The notes below the pieces were generated by a model. The model saw nothing but the letters and a program-made list of their open reading frames with translations, had not been told where the DNA came from and did not search any database. DNA of 64,000 nt, from contig CAYFHS010000009.1 in assembly GCA_964342815.1 (NCBI GenBank), positions 1-64,000 of the forward strand. Reading direction: 5' to 3'. The stretch's first letter is position 1. Each line of letters starts with the position of its first letter. Positions 59,263 through 64,000 of this stretch are shown one piece after another. Both the position numbers and the translations under genes were made by a program. The stretch is from an uncultured archaeon (GTDB lineage Archaea; Thermoplasmatota; Penumbrarchaeia; JASLWR01).

Positions 59263-61428
59263 ATGATAAAATGTCCGGTATGCAAGACCCCGAACGAGGA
59301 TAATTATATCCAATGTAGAGGATGCCGCAGAAATACTAATCCTAGCCGCCTAAACGGTCCCGGATCCTCATCCACTTCAACTGAGGATACCTCTAGGAAC
59401 AAAGCTGAAATTTTCAAGAATAAAGGTAATGAGGTGTTCACGAAGAATGATTTTCAAGGTGCGATCCAGCTCTACATGAAGGCGATTCAGTACGATCCTG
59501 CTCACGAGGGAGCCTGGAACAACATGGGTCTAGCTTATCGTAGTACAAAGGATTTCAGATCTGCCATCAAGTGCTTTGAAAAAGCGATTAGCATCAATCC
59601 GAATAACGAACGGGCGCTTGCAAATAAAGAAGCATGCGAGTATGAGGTGAATCGGGCCATACTGGGACTGACATCAAAGGAAAAGGAAAAACCTAAATTC
59701 GATCCTCCCCGGCATACGGTCTCCAGTGAGACATTAGCGCGCGAAAGTCGAGATGACGTCCGGCCATTTGATCAAGGAAGAAGAGAATCATATGGGACCG
59801 CGGAGCCCTCCAATATTCAAGCTCAAAGGTCTGAAATTACCACTGTCGAGAGAGAAACACCAGTTACTACTACTTCGGCCCAAGCCGTTGATTCGAGGAC
59901 AGGATACCAATATGAGGAAACTGAAAGATCATCAAATATCAAGTCGGTGCAAAATGAATTGGATCAAAGCAGGGAAAACGCCTCAGGCGTAAGAGTGAAT
60001 AAACGTGTCGAGTTTGAGAATAAGGAACGAGTGCCAGGAGCCCAGAGTAAAGTCTATGTAAAAGATACTATGATGCAGGAAGATTCAAGGATTCAGGAAC
60101 GGGATAACAGTCAAATTGAAAACTCTGCCTCATATAAATCACCCCGTGATGAAACAGTTCAAAGAAACCTTCCTCCGCCACCGGAAGTTCAACGAGAGAG
60201 TAGGCTTGAATCCAGGGCGACGAGAAAAGAGCCCTCCGAGAATAAGTTTATCATAGAGCAGAAGATGGGACCGCTTGGACTTCGTCCCACAACTGTAATC
60301 CGAACAGCTAGCGAGAACGAATTTATCAACGAATATCGAAAACAGAGAAAAGGACGATTAGGTTACTCTGCAGATAGACGAAATAACATTTCCAATAATA
60401 TTGAAGATAATGGTGAAGATGAATTACCAGCTCCTCCGCCGGATTATGAAGGACCGGTTGGAGAGGCTACTATGAAAGATTTATACGATCAGGGCAGAAA
60501 GGTAAGAAGAAAGGAGGAATCACTATGCCCTTACTGCAGGAATCCCATCAATTCCAGCAACAGGAATATCCGTTGTTTCGACTGCGGTAGTTTTTTCTGC
60601 GCAACATGCGAACATGATTTCAGAGGTACCAGGGAAAAAGGTCAGAAAGCCGTATGTGCAAAATGTTACATCAAAGAGATAAAAGAGAAAGAAAGGGAGA
60701 GAAAGGAGATCGAAAGGGAAAAAAATAACATAAAAAAGCTGGAGGAACAAAAAAGGCTTCGCGAAAAATTGGAAGAAGAGAGAAGATTGAGAGACAAACT
60801 GGAGGAGGAGAAGAGAAAGATTATGGATGAGATGGAAGTGGAAAAAAGAAGAATAAGGGATAAACTGGAGGAGGAGAGAAGACAGAAAGAGAAGCTTGAA
60901 GAAGAATCTCGGTTCAGGGAACAGCTTGAGAGAGAGAGAGAAAAAATGAGAGAAAAACTAGACAAGGCGAAAAGGGATATGGAAAGAGAATATCTTCTTC
61001 AGCATCAATTGGATGAGAAAAAACGTAAAGATAATTGGCTTTACCGTGGTTTGAAGGATTCCAATGAAGGTGACGACCTTAATAAAGATATTGGACGATT
61101 GGAGATAAGTGGTAAGCTCGGATCATTGAATGAGGCTAAATCCAAAAGTCTCTTTGAAGAACCGACTATGGAGATGAGGGGTAAGCTCGGATCATTGAAT
61201 GAGGCTAAATCCAAAAGTCTCTATGAAGAACCGACCATGGAGATGAGCGGTAAGCTCGGCTCATTGAATGAGGGTGAATCTAAAAGTCTCAATGAAGAAC
61301 CTACTGTGGAAACCAGCTTTGGTGAGGATGAGAGTGTCTTCGATGTTCTTGCTAGAAGATTCGAGATAGGTGAGATAACGTCTGAAGAATACGAACGATT
61401 GATCGAGGAAGCCCTGGAGGATGAGTAA
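59263..61428 (+). CDS. Zn-ribbon + TPR + FYVE-spaced Zn finger + coiled coil + tandem repeats + SHOCT-like tail
   Basis: CPVC...CRGC, TPRs (KNKGNEVF, AWNNMGLAY, ALANK), 8-Cys finger, E/K/R-rich coil, GEITSEEYERL. Confidence 0.85.
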   Translation: MIKCPVCKTPNEDNYIQCRGCRRNTNPSRLNGPGSSSTSTEDTSRNKAEIFKNKGNEVFTKNDFQGAIQLYMKAIQYDPAHEGAWNNMGLAYRSTKDFRSAIKCFEKAISINPNNERALANKEACEYEVNRAILGLTSKEKEKPKFDPPRHTVSSETLARESRDDVRPFDQGRRESYGTAEPSNIQAQRSEITTVERETPVTTTSAQAVDSRTGYQYEETERSSNIKSVQNELDQSRENASGVRVNKRVEFENKERVPGAQSKVYVKDTMMQEDSRIQERDNSQIENSASYKSPRDETVQRNLPPPPEVQRESRLESRATRKEPSENKFIIEQKMGPLGLRPTTVIRTASENEFINEYRKQRKGRLGYSADRRNNISNNIEDNGEDELPAPPPDYEGPVGEATMKDLYDQGRKVRRKEESLCPYCRNPINSSNRNIRCFDCGSFFCATCEHDFRGTREKGQKAVCAKCYIKEIKEKERERKEIEREKNNIKKLEEQKRLREKLEEERRLRDKLEEEKRKIMDEMEVEKRRIRDKLEEERRQKEKLEEESRFREQLEREREKMREKLDKAKRDMEREYLLQHQLDEKKRKDNWLYRGLKDSNEGDDLNKDIGRLEISGKLGSLNEAKSKSLFEEPTMEMRGKLGSLNEAKSKSLYEEPTMEMSGKLGSLNEGESKSLNEEPTVETSFGEDESVFDVLARRFEIGEITSEEYERLIEEALEDE
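61101..61307 (+). repeat. Three in-frame 69-bp (23-aa) tandem repeats
   Basis: Units start at 61101, 61170 and 61239, encoding ExxGKLGSLNExxSKSLxEEPTM/V. Confidence 0.9.
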
Positions 61429-61565
61429 GGGACCAGATGATTTGCCCAAGAAAGCTAATGTCGAAAGTTATAAAAACACCTTGAAGTATTCGGGTGTGCA
61501 AATTTCGTTGGATATTACCCTCCGAATAGAATTTATTTTAAAAAAATATAGACCGGTAAGATATA

Positions 61566-62429
61566 ATGAACCAGATGATAGAAGAATTAAAGGAAAAGCG
61601 AAAAGATCTTTCTGCCAAGGGAGAAATTCGGCGTCGAAGTAGAGATAAGCTCAACAAGAAGACACGGGAGGCAGCGGACGCCCGGGACCATTTTAACAGA
61701 CTGGTCAGAACGAACCTAAACCGGACCAGGGAGTTAAGGGAGAAGAGAAACCGGACCAACGAAATGGTGAGAGAAGCCAAACAAGCGCGGGATATGTACA
61801 ATAAGGAATATCTTAAACTACAAAAGTTAATCACAATAACCCAAAAAGAGATGATGCCTCAAAAAGGTAATTCATTCCGTAATCTCAGAAGAGATCTCAA
61901 CAAACTTGAACATCGCCAGCAGACCCAGGTTCTCAAACCTGGAGAGGAAAAAGATATCATAGAAAATATAAAGAAAATCGCCGACGAGATACGTGAACGG
62001 GAGGAAGAATTCGAAAAGAACGAAAAAACCCGTGAGCTGGTGGCAAAATGCCGTGAAGCGAGAAAAAGAGCGGAGGAAGAGCACAATAACGTGGAGAAGT
62101 ATGCAAATGAAGCGCAGAAAAACCACGAAGAGATGATCCAGCTCTACGAAGAAACTAAAAAATACCAGAAAGAGGCGGACAAGAAACAAAAAGAATTCGT
62201 TAAGTCCAAAGTAGCGGCTGATGAGGAACATAAGTTTCATTCTCTCTATATGGAGCCTATTCGCGATCTCGATAAAATTATCGGCAAGCTCCTCCGGAGA
62301 AAGAAAAAAATAACCAAGAAGGTCCAGGAAGACAAGGTCAAGAAGGATGCGGAGGCACTCTTCGATCAATTCAAAAAGGGTGGGAAGATCTCAACAGAAG
62401 ACCTGCTCCAGTTTCAAAAGGTATCATGA
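61566..62429 (+). CDS. Conserved archaeal coiled-coil protein (COG1340-type)
   Basis: Almost entirely heptad coiled coil, LEHRQQTQVLKPGEEKDII, FKKGGKISTEDLLQFQ. Confidence 0.8.
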   Translation: MNQMIEELKEKRKDLSAKGEIRRRSRDKLNKKTREAADARDHFNRLVRTNLNRTRELREKRNRTNEMVREAKQARDMYNKEYLKLQKLITITQKEMMPQKGNSFRNLRRDLNKLEHRQQTQVLKPGEEKDIIENIKKIADEIREREEEFEKNEKTRELVAKCREARKRAEEEHNNVEKYANEAQKNHEEMIQLYEETKKYQKEADKKQKEFVKSKVAADEEHKFHSLYMEPIRDLDKIIGKLLRRKKKITKKVQEDKVKKDAEALFDQFKKGGKISTEDLLQFQKVS

Positions 62430-62577
62430 AGAATAATAATGCAATTATCAGCCTTTACTCAGTGAATTAATGCTAAAAACCATATCCTACCGTTCTTTTT
62501 CTCACCGGGAATAAATTAATATAAAGCCTAAGGTATAAACCACTTTTATAAGCCTTTCAACCAGGAGGAATGATCTC

Positions 62578-63633
62578 GTGCATGATTCAAAGGACGTAAA
62601 AAAGGCAAGCGAGAGCCCTACAATCACAATATCGGATGGGCACAACAAGATAGAAATGACCGACCTTGAGGTCAAAAAATATATTAATACCGTCACAAAC
62701 GAACTGGATGAGCTCACCGATGTTTCATTCACAAGCACGGGACATCAAGCCAAATATGAGTTTGCTGCAATATGCTGGTGGCTTGGAAACTGTAAATATC
62801 TGCAGTTTGTGGATACTACACCGGAGCTGCCGGTGCTCTGCAAGGATAAAAGGATGGCATATCCTGATATATATGCGGTCTTTACAAGCGAGGAAAGAAA
62901 CTTTCCTTGTTTCATCGTAATAGCTGAATTCGATAGTACCGGGCAACTGAATATGTATAGCAAATACATCCAGAGATTGAAGGACTATCCTCTCATCGGG
63001 GATGCTGACATACTTATTGCGGGTAAATATAAAGACGAATGGGCTCTATTCAATATCGAGAATATTATCCAAGAGGACGGGAAGATCAGCCTGAGATTCG
63101 AAGAAGCGAAGAGAGCGAATATTATGGGTATCCTGTGCGGAGATGCCCATTTCCAAGGATTAAATCCCGGAACCCGGTGGTATTACGTTATAGAAACGGG
63201 GGAAGATATTGAGCTCGTGAGACAGGAGATCATTCCTCTAAGCGAAGCCGTCTCCGAGCTGGCATTCGAGAGATCGGATGGGAAAAAATTACCGTTCTCA
63301 CCCGCTCTTTTACACATGATCCCTTTCTTTGGAAAGTGGAGTCTATTCGAACAATACCAGGATGAGATAGTGCTTTCCGGCGCTAAACTAGAGCGGGACA
63401 GACCGCTTAATCTCTATCAGGTTCTGATCTTTTCTACACGGCTTTTGGAACACTTGAATGGAAGAAACCAGATCGATTGGAAGCGAATACTCCTCGAGGA
63501 TGATTTCAGGTACAGCGTGGACGATATAAGGAGAATGGTGAAATCAGGCCAAGACGAAGAGATCGGCTTTTTGGGTTTCGAGCAGTATCTCCCTGATATC
63601 CAGATCTCTTCATGGAATGCGGATGATGAGTGA
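62578..63633 (+). CDS. PD-(D/E)xK restriction-endonuclease-like fold protein, apparently missing the ExK motif
   Basis: GHQAKYEFAAICWWLGNC...YPDIYAVF...PCFIVIAE. Confidence 0.55.
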   Translation: MHDSKDVKKASESPTITISDGHNKIEMTDLEVKKYINTVTNELDELTDVSFTSTGHQAKYEFAAICWWLGNCKYLQFVDTTPELPVLCKDKRMAYPDIYAVFTSEERNFPCFIVIAEFDSTGQLNMYSKYIQRLKDYPLIGDADILIAGKYKDEWALFNIENIIQEDGKISLRFEEAKRANIMGILCGDAHFQGLNPGTRWYYVIETGEDIELVRQEIIPLSEAVSELAFERSDGKKLPFSPALLHMIPFFGKWSLFEQYQDEIVLSGAKLERDRPLNLYQVLIFSTRLLEHLNGRNQIDWKRILLEDDFRYSVDDIRRMVKSGQDEEIGFLGFEQYLPDIQISSWNADDE

Positions 63634-63639
63634 CGGGGA

Positions 63640-63972
63640 TCAGCGGACTATCTTCTTTCTTACGACCCGACGCCTTACTACGGCTCCGCTTTTCGATCCT
63701 TTGCTTTCGGCCGGTTTCAAATCCGATGAACCAGTGGATTTTACTACAACACTCTTGTCGGATTCACCTTCATCGGACCCCGAAACATAATCCAGACAGC
63801 TTTCACACCAGTAACAATCGTGATCAGAATAATACTTGGAGGAGGTTCCGCATCTGGAACAGACGGGAGGTTTTCCACTTGTGCTACCGCTTTTCAGATG
63901 TGCAGGCAGCACTTCAACTGAAGATAAGGCGTTCTTGGTGGGTCCGCGATCCCTGGCTGGCATTCTCGCCAT
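63640..63972 (-). CDS. Zn-finger protein or C-terminal part of a longer protein (frame open to the window edge)
   Basis: CSRCG...DCYWCESCLDYV and a basic C-terminus. No in-frame stop between 63972 and 64000, although GGAGG precedes the ATG. Confidence 0.7.
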   Translation of the reverse strand: MARMPARDRGPTKNALSSVEVLPAHLKSGSTSGKPPVCSRCGTSSKYYSDHDCYWCESCLDYVSGSDEGESDKSVVVKSTGSSDLKPAESKGSKSGAVVRRRVVRKKIVR

Positions 63973-64000
63973 GCGACCTCCAAAATGACCTCCGTCAGGT

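Noticed and set aside
61421-61642. 73-aa ORF between the TPR and coiled-coil genes
   Set aside because: It overlaps both neighbours, covers the likely promoter region of 61566, and has no motifs.
1-64000. tRNA/rRNA genes, transposases, integrases, inteins, in-frame Sec/Pyl readthrough
   Set aside because: No cloverleaf or T-loop motifs, catalytic signatures or split ORFs suggesting these were seen by eye. A tRNAscan/Infernal run would be needed to exclude them formally.

Overview
This looks like an archaeal chromosomal segment, most likely Thermoplasmatota. That is an inference from the archaeal type IV pilin motif, the nurA-herA pair, split aconitase X, the COG1340-type coiled-coil protein, GGTGA/GGAGG ribosome-binding sites and many Asp-rich surface proteins with C-terminal anchors. 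I found about 38 plausible CDSs and no rRNA, tRNA, CRISPR array, transposase or integrase. Large cell-surface proteins dominate. Main points: (1) A 2360-aa adhesin with four glycine-rich domains is fused in frame to a complete type IV pilin through an internal class III signal peptide. (2) An operon-like run encodes a minimal kinase, a divergent aconitase X pair, a 1416-aa protein with the architecture of anaerobic plasmalogen synthase/glycerol ester reductase, and a DUF1624 membrane protein. (3) The same operator, TTTACA-N5-TGTAAA-CA-ATG, sits in front of both a BlaI-type repressor/HExxH protease pair and an ABC/DUF2318 operon. (4) A dead-plus-intact tandem thymidine kinase lies beside an ADP-ribosylglycohydrolase. 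(5) Two tandem genes encode extracellular WD40 propellers on Asp-rich stalks. (6) A TPR protein carries a FYVE-spaced Zn finger. (7) A ~950-bp gap between convergent genes holds a multi-hairpin element and iterated motifs. All family assignments come from recognising motifs by eye; no database searches were run.
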